A stretch of DNA of 19,405 nt, taken from contig JAYWGM010000068.1 in assembly GCA_043778225.1 (NCBI GenBank), forward strand, positions 1 to 19,405. Direction: 5' to 3'. The notes under the pieces are model-generated. The model saw only the letters and a program-made list of their open reading frames with translations, had not been told where the DNA came from and made no database searches. This document shows, one piece after another, positions 9,656 through 18,191 of this stretch (position 1 is its first letter; each line of letters opens with the position of its first letter). The translations under genes were made by a program, and so were the position numbers. This DNA is from Deinococcales bacterium (lineage in GTDB: Bacteria > Deinococcota > Deinococci > Deinococcales > JAAFIG01).

Positions 9656-10183
9656 ATGAAAAATCTTTCTCGAGTTCTTGGGCTTGGCATTCTGGCAATT
9701 TTTGGTTTCTCGAGCGCCCAACAAGCTGGCAGACCCGCCCCAGAATTCCAAGCCACGGGCATTTGGGTCAACAGCCCAGCCAAAAAAGTTGCCGATTACC
9801 GAGGTAAAGTGCTGCTGGTCAATATCTGGGTGCATTCGTGCATCAATTGCCACAACAGCTTGCCGACGCTGCGCGGTTGGTACGCCAAGTACAATGCCCA
9901 AGGGTTTGAAATTGTTGGGGTTCATACCCCAGAATTTGAAAGCGACAAAGACCCTGTGCAACTCAAAAAAAGCCTGCTCGAGAACAACGTCACTTGGGCA
10001 GTCTTCCAAGACAACCTCGAGAAAACTTGGAAAGCCTACAACAACCGCTATTGGCCCGCCTTTTACTTTGTAGACCGCAACGGTAAAATCCGAGCCACCC
10101 ATGCGGGCGAACTCTCAAGCCGCTACCCAGATGCGATTCCGGGACTCGAGAAGACCTTGCAGGGCTTACTAGCAGAAAAATAA
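9656..10183 (+). CDS. Secreted thioredoxin-like redoxin resembling the DipZ C-terminal redoxin domain
   Basis: Signal peptide MKNLSRVLGLGILAIFGFSSA, CxxC motif SCINC, GVHTPEF and NRYWPAFY. Start reassigned from 9587 to ATG 9656. Confidence 0.82.
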   Translation: MKNLSRVLGLGILAIFGFSSAQQAGRPAPEFQATGIWVNSPAKKVADYRGKVLLVNIWVHSCINCHNSLPTLRGWYAKYNAQGFEIVGVHTPEFESDKDPVQLKKSLLENNVTWAVFQDNLEKTWKAYNNRYWPAFYFVDRNGKIRATHAGELSSRYPDAIPGLEKTLQGLLAEK

Positions 10184-10208
10184 AATCCCCCGAAATTTTC
10201 TCGAGGGA
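10176..10208 (-). terminator. Intrinsic terminator downstream of tRNA-Gly
   Basis: Minus strand reads TCCCTCGAG-AAAAT-TTCGGGGGA-TTTTATTTTT: a GC stem with G-U pairs followed by a U tract, 8 nt after the tRNA CCA. Confidence 0.75.
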
Positions 10209-10216
10209 AGCTGTTT

Positions 10217-10290
<74 letters not shown>

Positions 10291-10303
10291 AATAGCGAAA
10301 CGT

Positions 10304-10332
10304 AATGTACCTGTAAAAATGCGTTTCGTCAA
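10304..10332 (-). promoter_or_regulatory. Sigma70-type promoter of tRNA-Gly
   Basis: Minus strand TTGACG-17 nt-TACATT, ending 13 nt upstream of the mature tRNA 5' end. Confidence 0.8.
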
Positions 10333-10371
10333 TCCCTGGGCATCGTGGCATTCTGCCCGAGCCAAAGGCGT

Positions 10372-10377
10372 TACACT
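10372..10377 (+). promoter_or_regulatory. -10 box (TACACT) of the leaderless ABC permease gene, overlapping a CTCGAG
   Basis: TACACT-cgagact-ATG(10385). Confidence 0.65.
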
Positions 10378-10384
10378 CGAGACT

Positions 10385-11560
10385 ATGAATTTTGCTGACC
10401 TGTCCAATCTGGCGTTTCGTGGTTTGTTGCGCCGTCCTGTACGAACCCTGCTGACGATTCTCGGGATTGTCGTGGCGGTTGCCAGCATGGTGGTGTTTTT
10501 ATCGCTTGGTGAGGGTTTTAGGCGTGCATTGGGCGACCAGATTGGCAACATTGGACCCGATATTCAAGTGCAATTGGCAGGCTCGGATAGCTCGAGTGTC
10601 TTTGGTAGCCCGATTCCAGATGTGCCGCTGGCTAATGTGGCGCGTTTTGAGGCGATTAAAGCCGAATTGGGAATTCGCCAAGTGATTCCGTACTTACTGA
10701 CGGCTCGAGGTAACTTTAGCGGCAGTGGCTATGTGATTTTGGCGTACCCGTTCGAGAATACCGAACTGACCGATGTCTATCCAAATATGAAACTCGGGTC
10801 TGGGCGTTGGGTTTTGCCATCCGAAGGCAATGCCAAAGTGGCGGTGGTCGGTTCGCAAGCTGCCAAAACCGCCAAATTAAAACTCGGCGATGAACTGCGG
10901 CTCTCGAGAACCGACCGCTATAAAGTCGTGGGATTACTCGAGAAAGGCGAAGGCTTTACCGATAGCGCTATTTTTTTGCCGTTCCAAAGCCTCAGTAATA
11001 CCCTTGCGGTACAGGGTAAAGCCACGGGTATAGCCTTAAAACTCAACGACCCCGGTGATGCGCGTAAAACCGCCAATGAAATCAACAAGCGCTTTAGCAA
11101 CGACCTCAAAGCCCAAACCCAAGGTGATGTGGTGCAAGTCCTCGACCGAGCCATTGCGATTGGCGATGCTTTTCGCTTTGGAATCAGTCTGATTTCCTTA
11201 ATTGTTGGTGGTTTAGCGGTCGCCAATACCGTGATGATGGGGGTCTATGAGCGGACCAAAGAATTTGGCGTGATTCGAGCGATTGGCGCAAAACCCAGTT
11301 TTGTGTTTCAGTTGGTGGTCTGGGAGAGCTTGCTGATGGCACTCTTGGGTGGCGTGGGCGGTATTTTTGTGGGTTGGCTTGGCACATTGGCGGTCAATTT
11401 TGCGGTGCGCGATTTAATCAGTGTCGAAATTGCTCAGATTACTTTTCGTTTGGCGGCGCTGGCGATTGGTGTAGCCACCGTGCTTGGCTTATTGTCTGGT
11501 TTGTTGCCTGCCCGCACCGCTAGCCGTCTGGTGATTACCGAAGCCTTAGGTAGGAATTAA
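10385..11560 (+). CDS. ABC transporter permease, MacB/FtsX family
   Basis: RTLLTILGIVVAVAS first TM segment, a large extracytoplasmic domain, ANTVMMGVYERTKEFGVIRAIGA and C-terminal GLLPARTA. Start reassigned from 10319 to ATG 10385. Confidence 0.9.
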   Translation: MNFADLSNLAFRGLLRRPVRTLLTILGIVVAVASMVVFLSLGEGFRRALGDQIGNIGPDIQVQLAGSDSSSVFGSPIPDVPLANVARFEAIKAELGIRQVIPYLLTARGNFSGSGYVILAYPFENTELTDVYPNMKLGSGRWVLPSEGNAKVAVVGSQAAKTAKLKLGDELRLSRTDRYKVVGLLEKGEGFTDSAIFLPFQSLSNTLAVQGKATGIALKLNDPGDARKTANEINKRFSNDLKAQTQGDVVQVLDRAIAIGDAFRFGISLISLIVGGLAVANTVMMGVYERTKEFGVIRAIGAKPSFVFQLVVWESLLMALLGGVGGIFVGWLGTLAVNFAVRDLISVEIAQITFRLAALAIGVATVLGLLSGLLPARTASRLVITEALGRN

Positions 11561-11561
11561 A

Positions 11562-12236
11562 ATGATTATTCTCGAGGCAACTGATATTTCTAAAGTTTAT
11601 CCAAGCGGCGAAAGCAGCGTCACGGCACTCAATCATCTTTCGCTTGGCTTTGAAGCGGGCAAAATTACCGCGATTGTCGGACCGTCTGGCAGTGGTAAAA
11701 GCACCTTGTTGAATTTGTTGGCGGGTTTTGACCGCCCCTCGAGTGGCAAAGTCACGCACCAAGGAAACGACATCACCACCATGCTCGAGACCAATTTGGC
11801 TTCTTATCGCTTGTCGCATTTTGGCTTTATTTTCCAAAATTATAATTTGGTCAGTATTCTCAGCGCCCAAGAAAATATCGAATTACCACTTTCCTTGGCT
11901 GGTGTCGCAAAAATCAAACGCAAAAGCATCTCGAGTGAAATCTTAAATCGAGTGGGGCTGAGTAAACGCGCCACCCATTATCCAAATCAGTTATCTGGTG
12001 GCGAACAACAGCGTGTGGCGATTGCCAGAGCGCTGGCGACCAACCCCAGTGTTTTATTTGCCGATGAACCAACTGGCAACCTCGACAGCGCCACGGGTAG
12101 CGGCATTCTCGAGCTTTTGACCGAGCCGATGGAAGGCAGCCAGAACCGCACTTTAATTTTAATCACCCACGATATGGAAGTGGCGGCAAAAGCAAATTAT
12201 ATTGTTCGCATCCGCGATGGGAAGCTCGAGGCATAA
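11562..12236 (+). CDS. ABC transporter ATP-binding protein (LolD/MacB-like)
   Basis: GPSGSGKST, GFIFQNYNL, LSGGEQQRVAIARAL, ADEPTGNLD and LITHD; starts 1 nt after the permease stop. Confidence 0.93.
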   Translation: MIILEATDISKVYPSGESSVTALNHLSLGFEAGKITAIVGPSGSGKSTLLNLLAGFDRPSSGKVTHQGNDITTMLETNLASYRLSHFGFIFQNYNLVSILSAQENIELPLSLAGVAKIKRKSISSEILNRVGLSKRATHYPNQLSGGEQQRVAIARALATNPSVLFADEPTGNLDSATGSGILELLTEPMEGSQNRTLILITHDMEVAAKANYIVRIRDGKLEA

Positions 12237-12322
12237 ATTTAGACCGAAGTAAAAATCTAGAAACTTTTTTACGGTTTTCCTGTATTCTGAGCGTGGTGCG
12301 TTTAACGTATCAGGGAGAGAAC

Positions 12323-12838
12323 TTGAAAAAACAATTGGCGATAATTATTTCTGGGTTTTTCTTTTTTAGCGTACTCGGTCAGGGTACAAAATTAGAACGA
12401 CACAATCCGATGCCCGAAATCACCATGCAAACCATGCGTGGCGAAAACATTCAACTCTCGAGTTTACGCGGTAAGCCTGTGCTGCTTAACTTCTGGGCTG
12501 CTTGGTGTGGACCCTGCCGCAATGAAATTCCTGTACTTGAACGTTTACAAGCCAAGTACCCGAGCATTCAAATCATTGGTGTGAATGTGGGCGAGAGTCA
12601 ACGCACGATCAATCGTTTTTTAGCCGATAACCCTATTTCGTATCCAGTTTGGATGGATCAACCCGATGGTGGTACAAATGTCGAACAACAAATGACGCAA
12701 TGGCAAGGACAAGCGAGTGGTTGGAGCATTCCATATACGGTTCTTGTGCGTAAAGATGGCATCATAGATGAAACCATTCTTGGCTTTGATGGTTCTGGAC
12801 GTGAACTCGAGCAAGCCATTCGAGAGGTCTTACAATGA
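12323..12838 (+). CDS. TlpA/ResA-family thiol-disulfide oxidoreductase, exported
   Basis: LLNFWAAWCGPCRNEIP, IIGVN and cis-Pro motif SIPYT, with an N-terminal signal or anchor. TTG start at 12323 follows GGGAG; alternative GTG starts at 12293 and 12296. Confidence 0.85.
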   Translation: MKKQLAIIISGFFFFSVLGQGTKLERHNPMPEITMQTMRGENIQLSSLRGKPVLLNFWAAWCGPCRNEIPVLERLQAKYPSIQIIGVNVGESQRTINRFLADNPISYPVWMDQPDGGTNVEQQMTQWQGQASGWSIPYTVLVRKDGIIDETILGFDGSGRELEQAIREVLQ

Positions 12839-13710
12839 AATGGAGCGTCATGAAATTCTTAAAAAATACCATCGTTTTCTTTGGCATCATCTTCAGTGCT
12901 GCCCAAGCCCAAACATATCTGCCAGATGTCTCGAGTAATCCACTGTACGGCGAATTGCTTTGGCACACACTGGCATACCGACAAGATGTGGCTGTCTATC
13001 CGGGTGAATTTGCACCGCGAATGCCACTTGAAATTATGATTCCTGAAGGTGGGCGCTTAATTGGCTCGGTGGTACGAGAATATGGCTCGCGGACTCGAGA
13101 AGTAACTGTCGTGCTAGAGAGCAAATTAACTTACGAAGAAGTCGGTGGTTTCTATAGACCTAAAGTCAAAGCACCGTGGCTTGAGCAATTACCAACCCCA
13201 AGCGGCTTTAGTTTTTCATCAAACGGGCAAAATGGTGGAGGCTACTTGCCTTTGTGCAACACAGCCACAGGTACTCGAGTTGATATATACGCCAATCCAA
13301 AAAATGTAGCCAATTGGCAAGCCAGCCCAAGTTTTATTTACATTCGATTTTTTGAAGCTGGACAGTCTGGCAATGGCTGCAACGATACACCATGGCAATT
13401 TCCAGTTTTAATTGTGCCAAACAACACCAGTCCATTTGGTGGAAATGGTGCTAACTTTGGCGATTTTAATTGCTCAGCCCTATCCTTTAATCTTCGCAAT
13501 ACCACTGCAAAAAAGCTCTTTGATGGCTTTGCGGCACAATTGCCAAGTACATGGCAACGTCTATCGGTTAGCGAGGATGAAACTGGTGTGGCAGCGGTCT
13601 ATCGTTATCTAGACCCCAAACAATCGGGCATTGCGGTCTTATCCGTCAATCAATTTAAGGAGCGTCCTGATGCTTACAGCGCACGCTTAATCGCCCTACC
13701 TCAACCCTAA
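12835..13710 (+). CDS. Secreted hypothetical protein
   Basis: 291-aa ORF with an ATGA overlap to tlpA, signal peptide ending AQA, three Cys residues, and no recognised catalytic motif. Confidence 0.7.
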   Translation: MKWSVMKFLKNTIVFFGIIFSAAQAQTYLPDVSSNPLYGELLWHTLAYRQDVAVYPGEFAPRMPLEIMIPEGGRLIGSVVREYGSRTREVTVVLESKLTYEEVGGFYRPKVKAPWLEQLPTPSGFSFSSNGQNGGGYLPLCNTATGTRVDIYANPKNVANWQASPSFIYIRFFEAGQSGNGCNDTPWQFPVLIVPNNTSPFGGNGANFGDFNCSALSFNLRNTTAKKLFDGFAAQLPSTWQRLSVSEDETGVAAVYRYLDPKQSGIAVLSVNQFKERPDAYSARLIALPQP

Positions 13711-13739
13711 AGCTCGAGACTCCTGTACCACGGTGTTTT

Positions 13740-13748
13740 TGTTAGACT
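13740..13748 (+). promoter_or_regulatory. Extended -10 (TGtTAGACT) of leaderless hisC
   Basis: TGnTANNNT 6 nt upstream of GTG 13755. Confidence 0.65.
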
Positions 13749-13754
13749 ACAAGG

Positions 13755-14816
13755 GTGCAAACTTCTATCGGTATTCGCGCCGCCGTTCGCAACGCACCAG
13801 CCTATCCTTTTGTGGCGATAGAAGCGGCTATTAAACTTGACCAGAACGAATCTGGCTATGATTTTCCGACTGAACTCAAGCATTTGGCTCTCGAGAAAAT
13901 GCTGCACACCAACTGGAATCGTTACCCCCAAATGCACGCCGAGACCTTGCGCCAAAAAATCGCGGCTCGAGTCGGCTGGACAGAACATGGTGTGGTGGTG
14001 ACACCGGGCAGCAATGTGCTGATTCATGCCTTGGCACAAGCGGCTGGCATTGGGCAAAGGGTCTTGAGTGTTTCGCCCGCTTTTAGTTTGTACAGCTTAT
14101 CGGCGGCTTTGCTCGAGGCGCAAATGCTCGAGCCACGATTGAATTCTGATTTTAGTTTACCGATGCAAAGCCTAACTCACGAACTGAAACAACCCACCCC
14201 TGGTGTTTTATTTTTGGCTGTGCCACACGCCCCAACTGGCGCAATGCCGAGTTTTGAAGAAATTACAGCATTGCTCGAGGCTGCCTCCCAAGACTGGATT
14301 ATTGTTCTCGATGAAGCCTATTTTGAATACAGTGGGCGCTCACATTTGGCGCTGCTCGAGACTTACCCTAATCTGTGCATCCTTCGCACTTTTTCTAAAG
14401 CATGGGGCTTAGGCGGGGTGCGGCTTGGGTATTTATTGGCACAACCAGAACTTGCCACCCACATTCAAAAAATCCTTAGCCCATTTAATGTTTCTGCCCT
14501 GACCCAAGCGGTTGCCGAAGTGGCGCTTGATAACCCAAGCTATGCCCAAACTCGAGTGAGCGAAAGTATCCTCGAGCGTCAACGGGTTTTTGCAGCCCTC
14601 GAGCCGCACCCAACTTGGAAAATTTATCCAAGTGCTGCCAACTATCACCTGATTCGTACCAAGGATGCCAAGCTCGCTCATAGCGACCTGCTGGAACGCG
14701 GGATTTTGGTACGAAAACAAGATGGTTATCTGGGGCTGCAAGGCTGCATTCGGGTTTCGGTTGGCACGCCCGAAGAGAACACGGCTTTTGTAACCGCAGC
14801 CCTTGAGTTGCGTTAA
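13755..14816 (+). CDS. hisC: Histidinol-phosphate aminotransferase (PLP-dependent, class I/II)
   Basis: KLDQNES, NRYP, LDEAYFEY, PLP-lysine motif RTFSKAWGLGGVRLGY and IRVSVGTPEEN. Confidence 0.88.
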   Translation: MQTSIGIRAAVRNAPAYPFVAIEAAIKLDQNESGYDFPTELKHLALEKMLHTNWNRYPQMHAETLRQKIAARVGWTEHGVVVTPGSNVLIHALAQAAGIGQRVLSVSPAFSLYSLSAALLEAQMLEPRLNSDFSLPMQSLTHELKQPTPGVLFLAVPHAPTGAMPSFEEITALLEAASQDWIIVLDEAYFEYSGRSHLALLETYPNLCILRTFSKAWGLGGVRLGYLLAQPELATHIQKILSPFNVSALTQAVAEVALDNPSYAQTRVSESILERQRVFAALEPHPTWKIYPSAANYHLIRTKDAKLAHSDLLERGILVRKQDGYLGLQGCIRVSVGTPEENTAFVTAALELR

Positions 14817-16306
14817 GGCAGTTGAATATCGGCTAGGCGCTGAATTTGTCCTCGAATCACATTGACTTCTAAACTGCTTGAAAAGCTGCTAATACTCAGT
14901 TTACCCTCGGGCAAGCGCGGACTGCCATAGTAGCCATTGGCATCTGAGCGCACTAAAATACTCGAGCCAGCGGCACTGCGTAACTCGAGTTCGGTATTGC
15001 TGACTCCAGCGCCGTTTTTGACCACCCGCCCCAAAATCCCCGAGAGTTTAGCGACATCGGGTTTCCCCCAAGTCACGGGACTCGAAAAGAGGCTCGAGAA
15101 GGCTTTTTGAAAATCCAATTTGCCGTTGTTTTCGGTTTTTTTAGCATTTAGCACTTCTAAGTCGGCGGTGCGGTAGCTGTAGCCAATCCAGCCCGAAATG
15201 CCAGCTGTGCCAATCGCTCGGGTGTACTGCTTTCTCGAGTCAGCAAGGCTATTGACAAAAATCCCAGCCCCGGTTGCGACCAAGGCGTTTTCTTTGGTGG
15301 CAGCCGCAAAAGCATTCCAGCCATCGAATTCTTTTTGCTGCATTGGGTCGTATTCGCGCTTATAATTCATCGGGATATTTAGGTCTAAAATCCCAGCTTG
15401 TGTCCAGCCAGCCCAGTCTTGCAGCACCTCGGCATAGGTGCGGGTGCGCTTAAATTCCTCAAGGTTGCGCGGTGCGGTGCGGTAAGTAATTGTGGCGGCA
15501 CTGACCCAGAGGTTTGGCTTGCGGATTTTGGCTTCTAAGTAAATTCGCCGCACCAGATTGCTGATTTGGTCGCGCCGCCAGTCTGTCCATTGTGTATCCA
15601 AAGGTTCGGGGGTGTCGGTGCGCTCGGTCTCGAGCCGAAAGCGATTTAAGGCGGTTGGGTTATAGCCCCAGACGGGGCGGTATTGATTGTCGCTGCTGTC
15701 TGGGTAGCGCACACGGTCAAACTGAATGCCATCTATATCGTAGTTCTCGAGAACCGACAAATAATACTGCACGATGTACTCGGCTGCCATCGGATGCCCG
15801 ACATCAAGAATCTCGTCCTTACCAGCGCGGCTCGAGCCAGAGGTGTTGAATGTCACCCAAGGGTCGGTGCTGCTGCGTCCGTGGGTTGCCATGACATGAT
15901 TGCTCGAGAAATATGGCTCGGAGGTATTAAAAGCGGCAGTCGTGATAATCCAAGCATGAACCTGAATCCCAAGCGGTTTGGCTTTTTTAATAATCGCTAA
16001 AAGTGGGTCAAAGTTCTTGGCTAGTTTTGGGTCGCTGCTGCGTGGCACCCGAGCAAGGTTACAAAAGCAATCCATACGCCGTCCAACTTGGACAAAAAGC
16101 GCATTGAGTTTCATATTTTTGGCATACGTCACTAAGGCTTCCACTTCGGTTTGGGATTTGAAACCCGCTCCAAAGGCATCCACCCAAAGCCCGCGCAATT
16201 GTGGCGTACCGACGCGGGGTTGCATACCCTGCACCATGGGAGGTTGAGCCAGACTCGAGCCAAGCAGTGCCAAAATAAAAACAACCAAAAGAGAAAGTAA
16301 ACGCAC
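14813..16306 (-). CDS. Secreted glycosyl hydrolase-like 10 (GHL10; YddW/DigH-like) protein with a C-terminal beta-sandwich domain
   Basis: Signal peptide, LRGLWVD, FDPL, GIQVHAW, YDIDGIQFDRVRYP, WTDWRR, QDWAGW and LNIPMNY. Start probably the second GTG (16306), 6 nt after TAAGCT. Convergent TTAA overlap with hisC. Confidence 0.85.
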   Translation of the reverse strand: MRLLSLLVVFILALLGSSLAQPPMVQGMQPRVGTPQLRGLWVDAFGAGFKSQTEVEALVTYAKNMKLNALFVQVGRRMDCFCNLARVPRSSDPKLAKNFDPLLAIIKKAKPLGIQVHAWIITTAAFNTSEPYFSSNHVMATHGRSSTDPWVTFNTSGSSRAGKDEILDVGHPMAAEYIVQYYLSVLENYDIDGIQFDRVRYPDSSDNQYRPVWGYNPTALNRFRLETERTDTPEPLDTQWTDWRRDQISNLVRRIYLEAKIRKPNLWVSAATITYRTAPRNLEEFKRTRTYAEVLQDWAGWTQAGILDLNIPMNYKREYDPMQQKEFDGWNAFAAATKENALVATGAGIFVNSLADSRKQYTRAIGTAGISGWIGYSYRTADLEVLNAKKTENNGKLDFQKAFSSLFSSPVTWGKPDVAKLSGILGRVVKNGAGVSNTELELRSAAGSSILVRSDANGYYGSPRLPEGKLSISSFSSSLEVNVIRGQIQRLADIQLP

Positions 16307-16312
16307 CACTCG

Positions 16313-16318
16313 AGCTTA
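16313..16318 (-). promoter_or_regulatory. -10 box (TAAGCT) of the leaderless GHL10 gene, overlapping a CTCGAG
   Basis: Minus strand TAAGCT-cgagtg-GTG(16306). Confidence 0.55.
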
Positions 16319-16326
16319 CGGGGATT

Positions 16327-16779
16327 TCATGAGACAATCTCAAAGGTTTCTTTGATAATCGGTTTACTTAAAACCACACTGGTACGGGTCGCGCCAAACA
16401 TTCCTAGGCGCTCTATCCAACTTTGTAATTCGGCGATGTCTTGCATCACCACTCGAGCCACAAAACTCGAGTCGCCAGTTACAAAATAGCATTCGCGGAT
16501 TTGGGCTTGGGTTTTGGCAAACTCAAGCACCCGTGGATAAGAAGTGGGATTGGTCTTGACTTCAATTAAAGCCATGACCGTATAGCCCAATTTCTCGAGG
16601 TCAAGCCGTACCGTAAAACCATTGATAATCCCAGCATCCTCGAGTTTACGAATCCGTTCAATCACGGTTGGGGTACTCAAGCCCACCCGCCGAGCAATTT
16701 GGTTGTAACTGATACGCCCATCCGATTGCAGTAGCTCGAGAATCTGACGATTTGGAGCATCTAAAAGTTCATGAGCCAT
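16327..16779 (-). CDS. Lrp/AsnC family transcriptional regulator, probable ald regulator
   Basis: HTH LQSDGRISYNQIARRVGLSTPTVIERIRKLEDAGII plus RAM domain ECYFVTGD; divergent from ald. Leaderless TAAAAT (16786-16791) lies 6 nt before the ATG. Confidence 0.92.
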   Translation of the reverse strand: MAHELLDAPNRQILELLQSDGRISYNQIARRVGLSTPTVIERIRKLEDAGIINGFTVRLDLEKLGYTVMALIEVKTNPTSYPRVLEFAKTQAQIRECYFVTGDSSFVARVVMQDIAELQSWIERLGMFGATRTSVVLSKPIIKETFEIVS

Positions 16780-16805
16780 ATTGCTATTTTAACCTGATAA
16801 ACATA

Positions 16806-16827
16806 AAAGTTTTTAACTAAAAACTTT
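16806..16827. promoter_or_regulatory. Perfect AT-rich palindrome, candidate operator between lrp and ald
   Basis: AAAGTTTTTA-ac-TAAAAACTTT (10-bp arms, 2-nt spacer). Confidence 0.55.
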
Positions 16828-16837
16828 ATAAATCTTC

Positions 16838-16866
16838 TTCTCAAGCTAAGTTTTGTTGACTATCAT
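16838..16866 (+). promoter_or_regulatory. Candidate ald promoter
   Basis: TTCTCA-17 nt-TATCAT, about 95 nt upstream of the ald ATG. Confidence 0.45.
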
Positions 16867-16960
16867 AAAGCCTCAAGCATTGAAAAAAAAGCTAAAAGCA
16901 AACCCTTTTGACCCTTTTACCTTTTCCCCTTTTTTCACCTTTTTTCACCAAGGAGTTTTT

Positions 16961-18067
16961 ATGTTAATTGGTATTCCCAAAGAAGTCAAAGTCAAAGAAA
17001 ACCGTGTCTCCATGACCGCCGCTGGTGTGACCGCTTTAATCAAACGTGGGCATGACGTGTTGGTACAGAGCGGGGCTGGGCTTGGTAGTGGCATCACCGA
17101 CCTCGAATACGAAAAAGCTGGAGCTAAACTGGTCTCGAGTGCTTCGGAGGCATGGGCAGCCCAGATGGTGGTCAAGGTCAAAGAACCGATTGAATCCGAA
17201 TATGCTTTTTTGCGCGAAGATTTAACGCTTTTTACGTATTTGCACTTGGCTGCCGAAAAACACCTGACCGAAGCCTTATTAAAGGCGGGAACAACTGCCA
17301 TTGCCTACGAAACAGTCCAAGTCGAAGATGGCAGCCTGCCGCTTTTAACCCCCATGTCCGAAGTGGCTGGGCGACTTGCACCACAAGTTGGCGCGGCGTG
17401 TTTACTCAAGCCCAACGGCGGGCGTGGGGTGCTGCTCGGCGGTGTTCCGGGCGTGATTCCGGGGCGGGTGGTAATTATTGGCGGTGGTGTGGTCGGTACA
17501 AACTCAGCAAAAATTGCAGTTGGTATGGGCGCTCGAGTGATTATTATGGATGTTTCGCACCGTCGTTTGGCGTACTTGGATGATATTTTTGGTGGGCGTA
17601 TCCAGACCATGGCAAGCAATGAATCGAACATCCGTGATGTGATTCGCAGTGCCGACTTGGTGATTGGTGGGGTGCTGATTCCGGGCGCAAAAGCCCCGCA
17701 TTTGATTACCAAAGATATGCTCTCCTCCATGCCCGAAGGCAGTGTGATTGTGGATGTTGCCGTAGACCAAGGCGGTTGTGTCGAAACAATTCATGCCACC
17801 ACCCACGACAACCCAACTTATGTGGTGGATGGCGTGGTGCATTATGGTGTTGCCAATATGCCCGGCAGCGTACCGCGCACCAGCACCTTTGCCCTGACCA
17901 ACCAAACCATTGGCTATGCCCTAAAGTTGGCTGACCGTGGTCTCGAGGCACTCAAACAAGACCCTGCGCTCTTAAAAGGCTTAAACACCCGACATGGCAA
18001 ACTGACTTATAGAGCCGTCGCCGATTCGTTTGGTCTCGAGTTTATTGCACCCGAAAGCACCTTATAG
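16961..18067 (+). CDS. ald: Alanine dehydrogenase
   Basis: MLIGIPKEVKVKENRV, VKVKEP, FTYLHLAA, LLTPMSEVAGR, IIGGGVVG, DVAVDQGGC and YGVANMPG. Start reassigned from 16853 to ATG 16961, after SD AAGGAG. Confidence 0.96.
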   Translation: MLIGIPKEVKVKENRVSMTAAGVTALIKRGHDVLVQSGAGLGSGITDLEYEKAGAKLVSSASEAWAAQMVVKVKEPIESEYAFLREDLTLFTYLHLAAEKHLTEALLKAGTTAIAYETVQVEDGSLPLLTPMSEVAGRLAPQVGAACLLKPNGGRGVLLGGVPGVIPGRVVIIGGGVVGTNSAKIAVGMGARVIIMDVSHRRLAYLDDIFGGRIQTMASNESNIRDVIRSADLVIGGVLIPGAKAPHLITKDMLSSMPEGSVIVDVAVDQGGCVETIHATTHDNPTYVVDGVVHYGVANMPGSVPRTSTFALTNQTIGYALKLADRGLEALKQDPALLKGLNTRHGKLTYRAVADSFGLEFIAPESTL

Positions 18068-18078
18068 ACATAATAGCG

Positions 18079-18114
18079 GCAAGGCTCGTATCTGGGAGGG
18101 GGAACGAGCCTTGC
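18079..18114. terminator. Stem-loop between the convergent ald and ddrH-like genes
   Basis: GCAAGGCTCGT-14 nt loop-ACGAGCCTTGC, a perfect 11-bp stem, but with only a weak U tail on either strand. Confidence 0.6.
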
Positions 18115-18191
18115 TTGATAAAACTTTACACCCAAATCATGATTTTAGGGTGAATTTTTGCTAAGAGCCTGTTTATGGTCAAGATAGATGT

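Noticed and set aside
12269..12310. Possible Deinococcus radiation/desiccation response motif (DdrO site) upstream of tlpA, also sought upstream of ddrH
   Set aside because: Only half-site matches (TTACG..., ...AACGTAT) were found, with no proper 17-bp palindrome.
18161..18175. CTAAGAGCCTGTTTA resembling an IS5-family terminus
   Set aside because: There is no partner inverted repeat, target duplication or transposase in the window.
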